The notes under the pieces are model-generated. The model saw only the letters and a program-made list of their open reading frames with translations. It did no database searches and was not told the DNA's origin. Shown piece after piece: positions 22,651 through 57,049 of a DNA stretch of 64,000 nucleotides. The stretch is from positions 7,171,264 to 7,235,263 of the forward strand of contig CAVNZM010000006.1 in assembly GCA_963693365.1 (NCBI GenBank). The letters are read 5' to 3'. The stretch comes from Amoebidium appalachense. Its lineage: Eukaryota; Protista; Ichthyosporea. Numbering within the stretch: position 1 is the stretch's first letter; each line of letters begins with the position of its first letter. A program made the position numbers and the translations under genes.

Positions 22651-23334
22651 AAATTTGTAATTGGGGGAGGGGGGGGGGGGGGGGGGGGGGGGATTAAATG
22701 TCAGTCAGTTATGTGAACGAATGTCAATTATATAGTACTGAATTTACTGTAAATCGTAACTTTTGCGGGTTTTTTTTTTTTTTTGGAAAAAAAATCTTGC
22801 CAACCTCGGTATGCCATGCATACTTGAACCTCTATCGGTGATCATGAATAAATCCGACTGAGTCAGAAGAAAAACATTTGCTGAAAGGCAGCTGATGCTG
22901 TCTCGGCATTCGATTTACCCCTGTAGGCAGAGTGCACACAAACGCGCAGGGGAGACAATATCGAAACGTATTCATACAAAGGGTTAAACCGCATCACTGC
23001 AGAATTAACATCTGCAGCTGCCCAGCACTATGTAACTCCAGATCTTCCTTTTGCAGATCTAAAATATTATTATCCGTCGAGAGGGGGATAATGCACTGAT
23101 ATTTGAGAAACAAAAGCACAGTCAATTTCATTTTGTCAGCAGCCTGATTCTGCTTACAGCAAATAACTCTGCTCATCAGCACTCTGCTTTTGAAGAATAG
23201 GTCAGCTAAAAGCAGAATAGTTTAAAATTTTGCTCTTGTTGGCTTCCTTTTTTTTGCACGGAGGAAAGAGCATTGGGGTTGAGGTCCCCCCCCCCTTCCC
23301 CCCCCCCCCCGTTCCCTTCACCATTTTCACGCTT

Positions 23335-24890
<1,556 letters not shown>

Positions 24891-25059
24891 GTGTAGAATC
24901 CGGCACTGTCAAACCCCGTCCACATCTCTTAGCCTTCAAACAAATAAGTGCCCAGATACACACACACACCACAAGTCAGACGAGCAGACCATCACATGGT
25001 AGGCACTGTAGCTCACACGCACACCCTGACCTCATCCACGCATGTGTGTGTGTGCGCGC

Positions 25060-25135
<76 letters not shown>

Positions 25136-25260
25136 TTGAGAATCGAGAGAGTTCTGGGTGGGCAACCAAATCTCTTTTACATTCTGTAACCTTTCTCTGT
25201 AACCCTTCTCTGTGGCTTCTAATAACTTAACAGCTCATTAAGCCACGTCTGTCCCCGCAG

Positions 25261-26246
25261 GCTGCACGGAACTCAGCTGCTGTGTGACAAAGGTGGTAGA
25301 CCATATCAACAGCCAGCCACAAGGCAGTACGTGCTCCCCCCCCCCCCTCCCCCTTCCCCCCCCATAACCCTCCTCCCCCCTCCCCCCCCCCCCCTTGCCC
25401 CGGCCGCCCCAAGCGGAGGAGGTGATGTGTTGCACGCTACCCAGTTTTGACACCTTACTCACTTATCAGGAAATGGCGGAAGAGTGTTTTTTTTTTTTGG
25501 GGGGGGGGGGGGGAAGGGGGGGGGGTGTATGGGGCGGGGGGGGGAGGCGTAGGAGGAGGGGAGGGGGGGGGGGGGGGGGGATGGGACCCGAACAACCCAT
25601 TGTAAGAAAGCATGCACACATTCACAGGCTCACACACATGGTATGCATAGGCCCCCATGTGCTTATACATGCCCGGAGGGGGGGATTGGTGGTGGTGGTG
25701 GTGGGGGGGGGGTCTGTAACTCTCGTCTGTATCTTGCGTCTGTACCTTCCCTTGGTGACATGTATTTATTTGTGCCTGTATCTTTTTTCCGTATCTTGTG
25801 GTGGTGCATGCAACTTCCCTTTGTATCTGGTGCCTGTACCTTTTTTCTGTATAATGTGTCTGTCTGTATCTTCCGCCTCTACCGTTGCCTCCTTAATTTG
25901 TCTCTGTAGCTTCCCCATTTTTGTCTTGTGTTATTCCGCCTCTACCGTTGCCTCCTTAATTCGTGTCTGTAGCTTCCCCTTTTTGTCTTGTGTTATCATG
26001 TGTCTTTACCATCCGTATGTATCTTGTGGTTGTACCTTCCCTTCACTATGTATCTGTGTCTGTATAATGCGTCTCGGCCTTCACACACACACACACACAC
26101 ATTGGCACTCTTTACGAGCCCACTCTAACCCATCACGTATTCATCATTAGGGCACTGGGTGTACCTGTCCGGCCCTGCTGCAACCTTCCAGCACCCTCCT
26201 CAACACCAACAACCCTCTCAACCCTAGGCCAATGATGCCAATGCAG
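25261..26246 (+). other. Possible spliced exons (25261-25326, 26151-26246) of a short gene, gene fragment or lncRNA
   Basis: Unique-sequence islands bounded by ccccgcag|...|gtacgt and cattag|...|gtaagc; phase-compatible reading CTELSCCVTKVVDHINSQPQGRHWVYLSGPAATFQHPPQHQQPSQP*. No recognisable homology. Confidence 0.3.
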
Positions 26247-26695
26247 GTAAGCTCTCACCAATTAACTTGATGTCTTTCTTTCAGACTTTTTCGCATGCAT
26301 CCTATTGCTCCCAGCCTTTTGTCTCCCCCCCCCCCCCCCCCCCCCCCCCCCTTCCCTTCCCCTCTCTCACACACACATTAAACAACTCGTTGCAAGAAAG
26401 CAAAGGAATATCACGGATGTTCAGGCTAGTTGACACTTCTTTGAATGATGTGGTTTGGCCCTAGGCGCGCCTAGAGCAACTTGCGCTATTATTGCCGCGG
26501 ACATGTTGTTTGCTGATCGATATCCCAACACGCATTTGTCACACACGTATCTTCGTGAAAGGGTCGCACACACACGTATGAGAGTAGCACAGAATGTCAA
26601 AATGGCATGCACAACTGGGCAGGAGATGAGATAAATGGATGGTGGTGGTGGTGGTGGTGGTGTGTGTTTGTGTGTGTGTGTGTGTGTGGGTTTTT

Positions 26696-26735
<40 letters not shown>

Positions 26736-26864
26736 GGGGGGGAGAGGAGACAATATTGGTTGCAAGGTATCGATATCATGATGCATGCATGATGCTAAAG
26801 GCATCGATAAATGCCACACATTGTATATTGATTCTTTTTGAAAATCTTCTTCCGCTCCCCTCCC

Positions 26865-26896
<32 letters not shown>

Positions 26897-27014
26897 AAAA
26901 AATAAAAATAAGGGGGGGGGGGGGGGGGGGGGGGGGTAATTCGGGCAAACAAAGTTCAGCAGTATTAGAGTATCTACACGGGGTTCAAGGTTTAGGCGCA
27001 CGTGGAGCTGTGCT

Positions 27015-27142
27015 GGGCTATCATATGGCGGTAGCAGCAGATTCATTGGCGGCACACACCATGCACACTCACTGTACGGGCTATCGTATGGCGGTAGCAG
27101 CAGATTCATTGGCGGCACACACCATGCACACTCACTGTACGG
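27015..27142. repeat. 63-bp direct tandem duplication (2 copies)
   Basis: gggctatc(a/g)tatggcggtagcagcagattcattggcggcacacaccatgcacactcactgtac occurs twice with one mismatch. Confidence 0.95.
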
Positions 27143-28097
27143 CGTGCATAATGTGTACCACTAGCTAAAACCCGTATGATATCTGCTGGTTGCACATAGG
27201 ACCTAATATGAGCGGTACACAATGGGCTATCCTGACTGTTCGCTCTGGCCGTCGGAAGAGAAAATCTAATGCATCTGTTTTTTTTTTGTTTTTTTTTTTG
27301 GGGGGGGGTGCAATACAGGCACGCAAGTAGTCGCACCTGCAACTGTTAGTATTACGTGTTGTTGAATCCGGCCCATTAATTGTCAAGGGTTGGCTCCATA
27401 TAAAACTCTATATATTATGCTGTAGCAGGTGGTGGAACTTCGCTGTATCAGAGTTTTCTTTGTTTCAGTCTCAATACTTTTCACATCGCAGTCAATGCAG
27501 ATTCCTTTATTTTTAAAAAAAATTCATCGTCAATATTTTTATTCATTTTATTTATGCTAGTACATTTACTTCATATTTCAGGAGGAGGCCAGCTACCCCC
27601 TGCGGCTTTATGTGCCACATCATTATATTATCGGCTTCATGGCCACAGGCCTACGTTTTTTCTTGTGCAAGGCATGACTCTAAGCCAATCATTTTCCGAC
27701 TAGCCAGGTGACACGCGAGATGGTCTTGCTGTATGCACACGGTCTGGTCACGTACAAATACACACTTGAATATACACATACATACATACATACACACACA
27801 CAAAACACTCCTACGAACAATTGAAATCATTGTCGCCAAAGCCACATGGCAGGAGACTTTTCGAGGAGAAGAACAATTAATTAAAAAACCAACCGTTTGT
27901 GGACTTGTATGCCTTGTATTATATATTTTCTTTAGGACTTGCAGTACCACATGTATTCTCTCAGAAGCCAAGGGCCAATTTTTCAACGCCCTATCGACAT
28001 TCAAATAACTTAACCAAACCACCCAATGGTGTACCTTACACATTCAGTAAATAAACTAGCCTCACTCATTCAAATTATATAGTTAGCCATATTAATC

Positions 28098-29345
28098 TCA
28101 CTGTGTGCATGGCCACTGCTCATCCACATACTCCATCGCCTGTGCCGCCGTCCATCTCTGCGTTGGGTCGGGGCACAGCAGATTCGCCAGCAGCCAAGTT
28201 GCCTTTTCAGGCAAGTCGTACAACGTCCCCCACTGCTTGGCCCTTGCCTCCGCCGACTTCATCTCTGGCGATGGCTCATCCATCCCGTTCGCCATCCCAA
28301 ACACCATCTTATAGTTCGAATCCGTGGCACATGGCGCCTCCCATGGCAGGCGCAGAGTCAAAAGAACCAACAGAGTCACACCCAGGGACCAAACATCGGC
28401 GGCGCACCAGTCGATCTGCAGGCCGGGGTAGTGGCCGTAAACCTCGGGCGCATTGTAGCTGACGGTACCAAGTCGGCCTTGGAAACGCACGTCTGCGGCG
28501 CGCGCGGCCAGGCCAAAGTCTATCAACTTGACGCGGTCGTTGACGAGGGCGCAGTTTTCGGGTTTCTGTGGTGGCACCAAAAGTTAATGTTTGTGATGGT
28601 ATTTTGTGCACATCACGACTTATATCGTGTCCCGCCAAGAAGATGGGTGAAAGCAAAAAACTCGGATCGGGATCTACAATCCCCACCAGACAAATATCGA
28701 ATAGCAATTAACACTATGAACTATGCGGATGTACACATCGTTTCAACACGCAACAAAATGGAGTCATCGACGAACAATCGAACACTCACCACGTCTCTGT
28801 GGACCAGACCATTGCTGTGCATGTGCTGCAGGGCGGCGAGTATGTGCCGGCCCCATTGCAGCGCCAGGTCCGTCGTGACGTCAGGGCCCGAACCCTTTTT
28901 AAAGATTGCAGCCTCAATCCTGTCTGCGAGATCCCCATCCGGTAGATATTCCTCAACTGTAACAACAGATGTTGTGCTCTCATGAACGGCCACAAGACCC
29001 GCTATGTGTGGGTGGGTGCCTGTCTGCTTGAACGCCTCTACGGCTGTTTCAAGCCGGCGCCAGCTGCTTGGTGTGCGTCTGTATGTCTTGATGACAACTT
29101 TGGTCTGTGCGAGTGTGTCCTCTGCAAGCACGACACTGGTGCTGTTTTGAAGGGTGATGCTGCGTATGTGGCGATACCTGAGGAGGGGGGAAGTAGGGTT
29201 AGATTCAGATGCATCGGTGACGAAAGACAGGTGGATGCAAAATAGAGAGCAGTTGTTACCTGGAAGGAAGGCTTGGCTCGGCCGGTCTGAGCCAGGAGGG
29301 TTCCCGAAGGGACCCAGTCCAAGGTTGGGGTTGCAGGATGTACAT
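28098..29345 (-). CDS. Ser/Thr protein kinase (CAMK-group-like); exons 29345-29260, 29177-28790, 28565-28098
   Basis: Phase-consistent GT-AG introns; VVIK, HPHIAGL, EEYLPDGDL, VHRDVKPEN, KLIDFGLA, GTVSYNAPE, DVWSLGV, LPW, LLCPDPTQRWTA. Confidence 0.92.
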
Positions 29346-31502
29346 TCTTGTTTACTAATGGTGATGTTAGCAAAGCTACAGCGCGCTTAAATATATGATA
29401 AGTATGTAAAGCTGGCCCTAACCCCGACCCGGCCAGCACCTAAGCACAAACACCCCATTACAACACCACAAGGTATGCTATAAGTCCATAGTTATGTTCA
29501 TGCCTACTATATGTGTGTGTGCATATATAAATGCCCGCACCCCTTATAGCCATATCGTTTTCAGGCGCAAAGGGGGCTGAACTTCTAGAACGTAGCCAAT
29601 GCTGACTTGTTGACAGTGCAACAAGTCATGCGGAGTCAACCCAACTGGTTCTGAATAAGTTCTCCCTAGATCTTAGAAGTAGATAAAATACCAATTCTGT
29701 CTGAATATGAAACAATGCTATTCAATTTAAACGCAGATTGTGATTATAGTCAAGTACTAAATACCATAAAAACATTCAAATGATATCTAAAAGTTATTAT
29801 AGGAAACCATGTTGTGGCTTTAAAGCGCAATATGGTTGTTGAATAGTCTGTGTATTTATTTTTCTTGATTGAGAATGATGGCAGCGTAATAGTCTGGCGG
29901 CCATTCCAAATGTTGAAGCATTATGTGTTGTACATCAGTTCAATGATACACAACCAATCAACGTCAGCCAATTTTGTTAAAGTTGACCAATGCCCTGATG
30001 CATAGTTTAACAAGAGAAGACCAAGCATAATACATGTTGATTTGCGTTGAATACGGATGCTTTAACATTAATAATAGCTTTAAAAATCTTTAAACCCCTT
30101 CATATAGATTGAAACTCACCAAAGAAGCCGAAAAAAGAGCCCCTAACGGCGTTCTTTACAGCTCGCCGCGAAACTGGGCATCCAAGTAGGCTCTGGTAGA
30201 TGACTTCAACAAAACTGGCCAATCATGTTTTAAGAAGTATTTACTCTTTATACCGCGCACATGGCCTTTCTGATTGGTAGAGCGGTTGCGCTTGTAAATA
30301 TACCAATCATAGCAACCGATGGCAGGTTTTGGAATGCAGTGATAGCCAATAGTTGGTCCTACGTCTTTGGTGTGTGCCGTACCCAATCACCGTATGTGAG
30401 CACTTCGATAGATCGCGTTATTCTTCTGTCATTAGGGCTCATAATTCTGAAGGATTGACGCAAAAAAAACGCAAGCAACGCAATAATACACATCCGCGTC
30501 AATACGGCACGAATATCAAAAATTTTCGGAAAACCTGCCTCTACGTATCGCATGTTTTTATATGACGCAGATGCCGGCGGACTCTGTACTCAAGAGATGC
30601 CGTCCCTTACACTTCCCAGGGCCGCATTCCAGTCTTTTGCGTAATTGCCTTATTTGGAAGGCAGAAGCATCTGAGGAATGTCAGGCTGGCTGGCCGCCGG
30701 GCCAGCGCCAGCCGAAGCAGCCGGCTGGGCCAGGCTGGCACCGAATTCAATTATTCGACCGGCCGGTTGCCAGCCACACTACCGTGCGCACGTGTTTGGG
30801 CACGTGTTTATGTGTGCCGTAGCATGTGTGCGTGTATATATGCTACACAAAAAGGGGTTGAGGCTAAAGGTAAATTGGCAAGCAACCTGCGCCTTTACAA
30901 CTGACGTAGCGCGTGAGGGAACTGGGGAATAGTTATCTTATAACACAGTATTATGATAAATTATAAGTATGATACATTTCTATTAGATCTTTGTTTCTTT
31001 TATTTTATCCGTTTTATAATTTATTGTTATAATCGAAGGATACCCTAGTTACCGTCTTCCATCAAGGCTTGCACTACTATTAGTATTATTAGTAATGTAT
31101 CCGGATATACAATAGTGCTTCTGTGCCAGCAGCATGAAGGTATTCCCAAATATTATCTTTTGAAAAACAACATTAAGGTGATCGATCAAAAATTAAGTGG
31201 TCTACTACTAGTATTACAAGACCAAAACTGATACAATTTGAAACACTTGTTAGAGATGTTAGAGAGAGAGAGAAAGAGAGCGTGAGCGAGGGAGGGAGGG
31301 AGGGAGGGAGGCAGGGAGGGAGAGCGGGAGGCAGGGAGGGATGGATGGAGGGGGGGGGGGGGGGGGGGGGGGAAGGAGGGAGGGAGGGAGGGAGGGATTG
31401 GAGGGAGGGAGGGAGGGAGGGAGGGAGGGAGGGAGGGAGGGAGGGGGAGGGAGGGAGGGAGGGAGGGAGGGAGGGAGGGAGGGAGGGAGGGAGGGAGGGA
31501 GG

Positions 31503-31533
<31 letters not shown>

Positions 31534-31767
31534 CGAATCTCTGAGAGAGAGTCGGATCTAGACCCTTCGAGGTGGGGGGGGAGAGGGGGGGGATTTCTAT
31601 CAGGAACCTTTTTCTTGTTTTTGGATGTGTGTGTGTGTGTATGGTGGTGGTGGTGGTGGGGGGGGGGGGGGGGGGGGGGGAGGGGAGGGGGGGGGGGGGG
31701 GGGGGGGGGGGGATACATGCACGATACTGACGAGAGTGGCCAAAAAAAACGATCCTGATATCGACCT

Positions 31768-31802
<35 letters not shown>

Positions 31803-32602
31803 CTTTTGCTCCTCCTCCCTTCACGGGTAACCCACCCCATCTTCCTGGCCTCTAAAGACGCTCCCCCAAGCCCCCAAATGTCATACTCGATTTCTCAAGA
31901 CCTTTCATCGAAAAAAAAACAATGCCAGAGCAATATATTCACACCTTAAAGTGATACATATGTGGAAGTTCAACGGCAATCGTGACTTAGGTTGCCCACT
32001 GGGGACAAACCTCAAGGCATGGCTTTAATAACAATTAAGCTTATTGGAGCCATGTACTATTGCAGTCACCCGCACAACGTCAATCGTCCCTTATTTAAAA
32101 TTTAAAATTTGGGTAATTTATTTTATTCTGCAGATATCTACTGCCCCTCAGGCTAACCCGTCATTCGCAAATATCACCAAATGGCATGCACATTCTCTAC
32201 GTTCTATCAAATGAGATTTTCCATAGCAGGAAACACTTCCAGTACTTCATTCTGACGCATTTTAACCATACAACGTGCATTCAAACATTACGATTGCACC
32301 CAATGGCACTATTTTAAACCTTCTTCCTCATAGCTACCATCAAGTGTTTAAAGTTCATGTTAGTGGGCATTGCCTTTTATCGACTACTTTAACCCGTTCA
32401 AACCAGTAAGGCATGAAGCCACATACACCTGCATGATAATTAATAGCAGGAGACCTTCATTTAATTGCGATGCCGATTTAAAAGTTTTCTAAGCCCGCAG
32501 TGCATGGCCTACATATCAGGGTGCATACATGCCAAGTGCCCATGTGAGCATACAAAAGTGTACCTACGAGAGTGCACATCGAGGGAGACGTGTGCATGTG
32601 CC

Positions 32603-32749
<147 letters not shown>

Positions 32750-33041
32750 CTGATGATATCAGACAGTTGGGGGGAAGGATTAAGACAAGGCTGGGTCATG
32801 TTGTGTGTGCGTGTTTGCATGTGGGCACGTGTGTGCACGTATGTGTATGTGTGTGTGTGTGTTCGTGTTTGTGTGTGTGTGTCTATGTGTCCCTCTGTGC
32901 CTGTGTGTGTCTGTGCGTGTCCCTTTTTTTTGTGTGTGTTGTGTCTGTGTCCGTGTGTTTTGCGTACACATGTACAAGCCCGTATTGCGAATACCTTTTT
33001 TTCAACGGGGGGTACCAAGAGGAAATTTCACCGGGGGGGAA

Positions 33042-51812
<18,771 letters not shown>

Positions 51813-52254
51813 GCCCTTGTCTGCTGGGCCGCCGGGGGGGCCGTGTGTGTGGTAGTTGCATGTGCTCTTAATTTTGGGTGTGGAACATGATAGGGACTGA
51901 AAACACGACAAAATTTGGATGGAGAGCTCTTTCTTGTAAGTTTAGGTTGAGTCAAGAAGACAGGTGCCTGGGCCTATCTTGGGGATGTATGTGTGAAAGT
52001 GAGTGCGACAATCCAATTCAATCACCAATCGCTCGCCCCAGTACCAAAGTACGCTTTCTATTTCTCTCTCTGGTGCAGCCTGCATTAAGTGAAGTGTAAG
52101 TTTCAGTTCACTTCAACACCAAAACATTAGCTCCAGCAGGCAGCTACACCAGTTGCTGGTCACGCACCCACACACAAGCTCTCAACACACCCACATTTCC
52201 ATACCCCCTCCTCCTCACCAAGGTTTTCGCACTATACACCACTATAACGGCTAC

Positions 52255-52390
52255 CTTGAGGTGTTGATATCTTTGCCGGCACCACTACATAACACTACAT
52301 GAAAGTGACTATTTGCACGCGTCGACTATAGTACCGAACGGTCCGAGGCTCACATTACGTGATCGGTGCACACTGTGACGTCACAAATGT
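52255..52390 (-). promoter_or_regulatory. Probable promoter and non-coding first exon of the RCC1-TBC gene (donor ctcaag|gtagcc near 52255; GTGACGTCAC CRE-like palindrome ~52375-52384)
   Basis: Unique, CpG-containing sequence upstream of the ATG at 51812, with a donor-like site and a TGACGTCA motif. Confidence 0.35.
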
Positions 52391-52717
52391 CCAAAAATGG
52401 CAGGCTGCCCCTGGGGAGGGGGGGGGGGGGGGGGAAGTCTCAGAGCCTAGAGCGAGGGAAAGAGAGAGGGAGAGAGCCTCAGAGAGAGACTCGGTGTGTG
52501 CTGAGAGAGATAGAGCTTGAAAAGGGGGGGGGGGGGGGGGGAGGGGGGCGGGGAAGAACTTGAGAGAGAGGGAGACTGAGAACTTAGGGGGGCGGGCGGA
52601 AGGGGGGAGGCTGAGGGGGGGGAGGGGGGGGGGGGGGGTCTCGCTCAGAGAGAGAGAGAGAGAGAGAGACAGAGAAAGAGAGAGAGAGAGAGGGAAAGAG
52701 AGAGAGAGAGAGAGAGT

Positions 52718-52751
<34 letters not shown>

Positions 52752-53034
52752 GAGTGGGAGGAATCTATCCGCGGGGGGCCGAGGGGAGGGAGGAGGTGGA
52801 GTCCTCAGTCCGGATCCTCAGGCTGGACACTGTAGCGCAACAGAACTGCACGTCGAGTTTATTCTTCAATTATTACTAACTGTAATTAGAAACAGAACTG
52901 TAATGGCTAATCAGCATGCAAGAAAAAATTTGTATCGTGAGCAGATTTATTTTTGCGAAGCTTCAAGTTGAAAGATGGATTTTGAAAACGATCAGAACTA
53001 TTTGAAAAGCTAATAATAGACAAATTTAAGGTAA

Positions 53035-53492
53035 AACAAAGCAAATTTCTGCAAAAGCAGAATATTTTTCTGCAGCAGAACTATATTCTGCGAAAAGGAG
53101 ATTATTCTACAAAGGCGGAATATTTTTCTGCAACCGCTGAGACTATCTATATTCACACACAGCGGATTATTCAGCAAAAGCGGAATACTTTTTTGCAGCC
53201 GCTGCGAATTATAATTGCGCAAAGCAGATTATTCTGCAAAAGCAGATAATTCTCTGCTGCCGCTGAGAATTATGATTCGCGCAAAGCAGATTATTCTGCA
53301 AATTTAAAGGCGGAGTATTTTTCTGTAAAAGCAGAATTATTCAGAATCTGCGCAAGAGCATTCTAGAGCAAAAGCGGAAACAGGCCTTAAACGTCTCAAA
53401 AATTGATTGATTAGCTGAATATTTTCTACTGCAGCTGTAACATGCAAAAACAGAACTATCATTTTTCTACCAAAGCAGAATCATTCTGCAAA
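53035..53492. repeat. Degenerate ~20-bp tandem array built on TTCTGC-AAAA-GCAGAA
   Basis: ttctgcaaaagcagaat and variants recur throughout; related motifs at ~22995-23225. Confidence 0.75.
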
Positions 53493-53561
53493 AGTGGCCC
53501 CAAAGGGGGGGGGGGGGGGGGGGGGGGGGAGGGGGGGGGGGGGGAGGTGTCTGAGCTGTGT

Positions 53562-53634
<73 letters not shown>

Positions 53635-53785
53635 TGTGTGTGTGCGCGCGGATGTCACGAGAATATGGGAACAGAAGAACGCATACATCAAATATATATA
53701 TACACACGCTTTTCCAGCATATACACATGGCATGACCGCCAAGCAATCACGTGCCTCACACGTGCACCCACCGGACATGTACATA

Positions 53786-53828
<43 letters not shown>

Positions 53829-54657
53829 CAAGTCAAGCCCATCGCCCGTTAATATAAAACTTTCAGATTTACAGGTGCACAGCACCATGAATAACGTTTA
53901 ATTTAAAATCAGCCAAGCAGTCTCCACCCACACACCTTGAATAATATCCTTCGCAATAAGTATTTGAACTATCTGTACCCTGCAAGGCTTAGGATATGCA
54001 AGCTCGCAAATAGGCGGATAACAAGGTGATCACCATATAATACAGTGTTGTTCCATATATCGGTGGGCACAAAAGCGTTTATATAAGTGTTCATATATAC
54101 AGACGCTTCTGATAACAGTAGTAGAAAGGTGCCGGTTATTACGAACGCTTCATATCAGTAGCAGAGAGAGCTCAGACATTATACCGGACGCTCTTTTTCC
54201 AGGAATAGAAAGAAGAACACACACTGTTCAGAAATTACGGACACTCAATGAGGTATAACGTGTAAAAGCAAATAAAACGGAATGGTATTTACGCATATTT
54301 AGGCGTGTAGAACTGATAGAATCTGGCAAGGATACACATTCGTAGAAGCCACAAAAAACATCCCTCGATCTCTTCTCCACGGATAGCAAGCATGCACACA
54401 CGCACACACACCTCTATACATTGTCTTACGAACAGGCACACACACATGCTGGGTATCGCACATAGCAACATAATCGACAGTCGAATTTGACATTTCAAAT
54501 TCAAAGAGCCCCCCGCCTCCCCTCCCCCCCCCGGGGTTCTTCACAGATAATAGCACCATATGCCCCTATGCCCACCCACCACCACTCCAACCTTCAAAAG
54601 ACTAGACATGCCGTATTAAAAATTGGTTCACATCGCACCACCAACCACACCCATCCC

Positions 54658-54688
<31 letters not shown>

Positions 54689-54718
54689 ACCCACCCACCC
54701 ACCCACCCACTTCTACAG

Positions 54719-55281
54719 CTACGATATGTAGGGCATGAATGCCTGGGGCTGTTGCACCGAGTCCCCCACCCTCACCCTCTTCACCAGATAGCTCAGTTCG
54801 TCCCCGTACCCCTCCTCATCGCCATGACTGGCCCGAGCAACATACCCGCCATCACTCGCCAGCGTTCTGCTGATGGATGGAAAAAACAGTGTAAAAATCC
54901 CGTTAACACATAGGCTAGTGTTGATAAAGCGGTGGCACATAAGCAAATAAAAGAGACACGACAAACCAAACAAACAAACAAAAAAAAAAAAGGGCCGGGG
55001 GGGGGGGGGGTATGTACAAGGAAGGCTACGTTTCGAGAGAACGATGTGAGAGGAACGAGCGTGAGAACTAAAGGAAGGAGGATGAAGAAGGAGCGCTGTG
55101 TGTAAGTGTGTACGTGTGCATCCGTGTGTGTGTGAAGGAGGGGAGGGAAAGGGAGGAAGGGGCAGCCTGTGGGGAGGGGGGGGGAAGTCTGATAGAAAGC
55201 TTCCAAACACCAAGCTAGCATGGAATGTGCCTCGTCATTTCCTTGCAGCGAACTACACCATGCACATGCGCTCGCGCACGT

Positions 55282-55313
<32 letters not shown>

Positions 55314-56523
55314 TTGCAGGATTCAAACTCGCCACCCGTTTTCCTGCAGTTAACATCTAATACATGTCTACCTGTGCAAGACACTCATCCTCCCCCCCCC
55401 CTCCCCCCTTCCCCCCCCCCCCCCCCCCCCCCCATGTGTACACACACACACACACACACACCTATCCTACTACCGGCCACTTCCACGTGCCTCACACCCT
55501 TCGGTAAACTCCGTGTCCCTTCCCCTCCCCCCACCCCACCCCACCCAACAACACACCCATCCACACACACCTGTTACCCCCCCCCCCCCCCCCCCCGGCC
55601 CTCTCTCCCCTCACTCACCCACCCACCTACCCACAACCACATATATCCACACCTGTACCCCTCCCCTCCCCCCCCCCCCCCCCCCCCCACCAAACACACA
55701 CACACACACACACACACACCTGCTCGGCACACTGCTTGCTGCATCCACCTCCAGCTCCCTCACCGCTGCCCTCAAGTCCGCCAACCCCAAAAACCCCCCG
55801 TCCGGGTCCCTCAATCTCTGCCCCAACTCCAACTGAAACTCCCTCGCCCTCTCTCTCAGTTCATCCAGAGTATACCTGTTCCCCATCTCCATCGATGCGC
55901 TCTTGCCTGCTTGCGGGTGCGAACTCTGCCTCTCGCACGATCTGACGCTGCGCACAACATTAACATTGCCAGTTGCATCGCCATGGCTTAGAGCACCAAG
56001 AGCACCGTGACCTTTCCTAGCCGGCTGGGTGGGGGTGAGGTGTGTGTCTGCTTGAGTGGGCTGGTCGTCCGGCTTGCACGTGGCAACCCACGTGCGCTTG
56101 TGCGACTGTTGGGGTGTGCCCTCGCTTTCCTTATTTGGCGTTGTCGGGCTTGCCTTATTTAAGGTCGTCATGCTTGCCATATTTGGGGTCGTCGTGCTCT
56201 CCTTATTGGGAGTTGTGATGTTTACGTGACTTGGTGATGCCGAGCTTGCCTCATTTGGAGTTGTCATGGTGTTTGCTGTATCGGGAGGTGATGTGGAGGC
56301 TGGTGGAACAATCTCTGCGACTGGGGGGGCCGGTGGTGCTGGGTTGCCTGCTATGATGCATGGGCCAAAATGAGTAAAAAGTAGAACCAGAGGTTGAAAA
56401 AATGTTTACAAGCCATCAAAACAAGCAAGCAAGCAAGATCATCAAATCAGAAAATCAAATTGAATGGAACCTTTAAATGAACGTGGTGTTGCTTTGGGGC
56501 TGAAAGGACAAAGATTGGGGGAC

Positions 56524-56576
<53 letters not shown>

Positions 56577-57049
56577 GATGAACTAGACAGCTACGTGCAC
56601 ATGCAGATTTCCAGACAGAAGGTCCCTGGCACCTAAAAATAACAGCAACATACTTCCCTGGCTATGCAAAAAGGGAGGGAAAAACGCAACTTGTCCACTG
56701 CTGTATCCGATACTCGTTTAATATGTTGACCACGCAAATACTCCCAACCTTTTGATGTTCACACCCAAATATTTAAGAAAATAGACCATTGAACCCAAAA
56801 CGTGTGCTCGTAAGCAAGTTTTAAAAGGCCGCTCAGTCATTTTCCACACCCGCCACACCCCATACCTGGCTGCTGTACATGTGTCGTCGGTCCCTCTGCC
56901 AGCGAAAAGTGGTGGTAAAGGTCTATCAGGGTGCACACCTGCACGTCCTCCCTCCTTCGCTGTGTCTTTTTCACCCCTCCCCTCTTTGCATGTTTGAGTC
57001 CGTCCACAGGCGCCGTTGGCCGGGGACAAAGTATAACCGTATCGTCCAT
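54719..57049 (-). CDS. Hypothetical ~321-aa low-complexity protein with TTPN(K/E) repeats; exons 57049-56866, 56350-55720, 54869-54719
   Basis: Three unique-sequence exons with canonical GT-AG sites and consistent phases (966 nt, ATG to TAG); no recognisable domain. Confidence 0.65.

Noticed and set aside
30156-30932. Short ORFs and GC-rich nested palindromes upstream of the kinase
   Set aside because: No recognisable domain, convincing splice pattern or long stem.
54719-54722. Joining the 57049-54719 gene to the RCC1-TBC gene via ATATC|gtagct
   Set aside because: An in-frame TAG follows immediately, the phase does not fit the acceptor upstream of 51812, and a separate promoter-like region lies at ~52.3 kb.
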